Positions 62,812-64,000 of a stretch of DNA of 64,000 bases are shown in pieces; position 1 is the stretch's first letter, and every line of letters starts with the position of its first letter. Both the position numbers and the translations under genes were made by a program. The notes beneath the pieces are model-generated. The model was not told the DNA's origin. It did no database searches and saw only the letters and a list, made by a program, of their open reading frames with translations. Source of the DNA: Azolla caroliniana (lineage: Eukaryota; Plantae; Polypodiophyta); contig JBHGNT010000006.1 in assembly GCA_043228905.1 (NCBI GenBank), forward strand, positions 22,940,001 through 23,004,000, given 5' to 3'.

Positions 62812-64000
62812 CTCCTTGCCACCCGTCTTCACGTCGGGTTCACCAACTGTGTCGTGCCTTTCGGCTCCGGATCGTTGCGTGAGTCGGGTGGGAACCACAG
62901 AGGTCTTGGACTAGGAGAAAGAAGTTCGTGAGATAGAGATTAATTATGAGTAAATAGCGAAGAGAAAGATAAGAAACTCGTGAATCACACGAGTATACTA
63001 TATTAATTGGTACTTAGGGTGTTAAGAGAGAAGTAGATGTATAAATCGTGAATCCCACGAATAATTTTTGTATTGATTAATTCTTAATCCAAATAATCAA
63101 CAACCCTTTATATATTTCTCTCCTCCTTATATAAGGAAGGAAGAGCTAAGCATGGCTTCATGCTTTTTTTTTTTACAAAAAGTGTTCATGTCCACTAAAT
63201 GTGCATGTGATGCTTTTTTATTTCCTAAGTATAGGGCTCATGCACGCTAGATGTGCATGAGTTATTTTTAGTGTCTCGTGTTTTTTTTATATATTAAAAA
63301 AATACACGATTTACCTTTTAATAAAGGTATGCATAAATAAAGGTCTTATACGTATTAAATCTATATTTAAAACACTTAAGATAAGTTAATGTAATGGTAA
63401 GGTTGGGGTTTGTCAACGTGGAGGTGCAGAGTTCAAATCACGCCCTGCGCAGTAATGAGTATTTCTTTTTTTTTTTTACATTTATGTCTCTTTATCCGGC
63501 TCTTCCTTGCCGGTATGCCGTTTTCCTCCTTGCCGGTATGCCGTTTTCTTCCGGTTCTCACCGAGCACTCCATTCTCTATCCGGAGGGACAAAAATATAA
63601 TTTCCACATAGTGTGCAACCTACACTACGACAACGGCAAGAGGAATACCGACTCTATTGCGACAGTCAAAGTGCCATCCACCTTGCTAAAAATGCGGCCT
63701 ACCATTCCCGGACGAAGCATATCCAGCGGAGGTATCACTGGATCCGGGAAAGAGTAGATGACCAGGAGTTCGCACTGACGAAGATCCACACGGCCGAGAA
63801 CGGGTCAGATATGCTGACCAAAGTGCTGACACCCGACAAGCTGGATGCATGCCGGAAGAGAATCGGACTGGTAAGACACCCCATGCCGGAGTGAAGGGGG
63901 AGTTTGTTGGGAGATAGGTCCCTCCGGATGGGAAGGGAGAAGAACAATGCCGACGAAACGGTATGAGGAGTACCCGGTTACGGAGAGCCGGATGATACAA

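Larger units (their letters stand above)
56544..63632 (-). mobile_element. Young non-chromoviral Ty3/gypsy element (Ylt1-like), tRNA-Trp primed, 4-bp TSD
   Basis: 783-bp near-identical LTRs 56544-57326 and 62850-63632, TSD ACGG. PBS TGGTGAACCCGACGTGAA (62845-62828), PPT 57327-57340. Domain order PR-RT-RH-IN. Clade label is an inference from motifs. Confidence 0.93.
46187..64000 (+). mobile_element. Full-length Ty1/copia element with two nested gypsy elements; its 3' LTR runs off the window
   Basis: 5' LTR 46187-46958, PBS-iMet 46961. Polyprotein from ATG 46989 with stops (about 47075, 47919) and a frameshift (about 49065). RT YVDD in 55122-56576, RNase H end at 63894, PPT, 3' LTR from 63905. 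Confidence 0.95.

Overview
Plant nuclear DNA, most likely a non-seed plant such as a fern (inferred from the Tcn1-type and Ylt1-like Ty3/Gypsy content). It holds a small cytochrome P450 cluster: two intact three-exon CYP71-clan paralogues on the minus strand (5822-7666, 22962-24814) and two pseudogene copies, one split by a copia insertion and an apparent inversion. Most of the rest is nested or fragmented transposable elements: several Ty1/copia copies, self-priming Tcn1-like chromoviruses, a Trp-primed Ylt1-like gypsy with a 4-bp TSD, two non-autonomous LTR elements, an L1/Tx1-like LINE in a (GA)n tract, and hAT MITEs. The most unusual signal is that LTRs of at least three dissimilar Ty3/Gypsy families carry an antisense tRNA-like RNA polymerase III A-box/B-box cassette in U3, with 31-33 bp spacing. 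A close relative of one cassette sits free-standing just upstream of the second P450 start codon. All alignments and counts were done by eye; tRNA primer assignments rely on recalled plant tRNA 3' ends.
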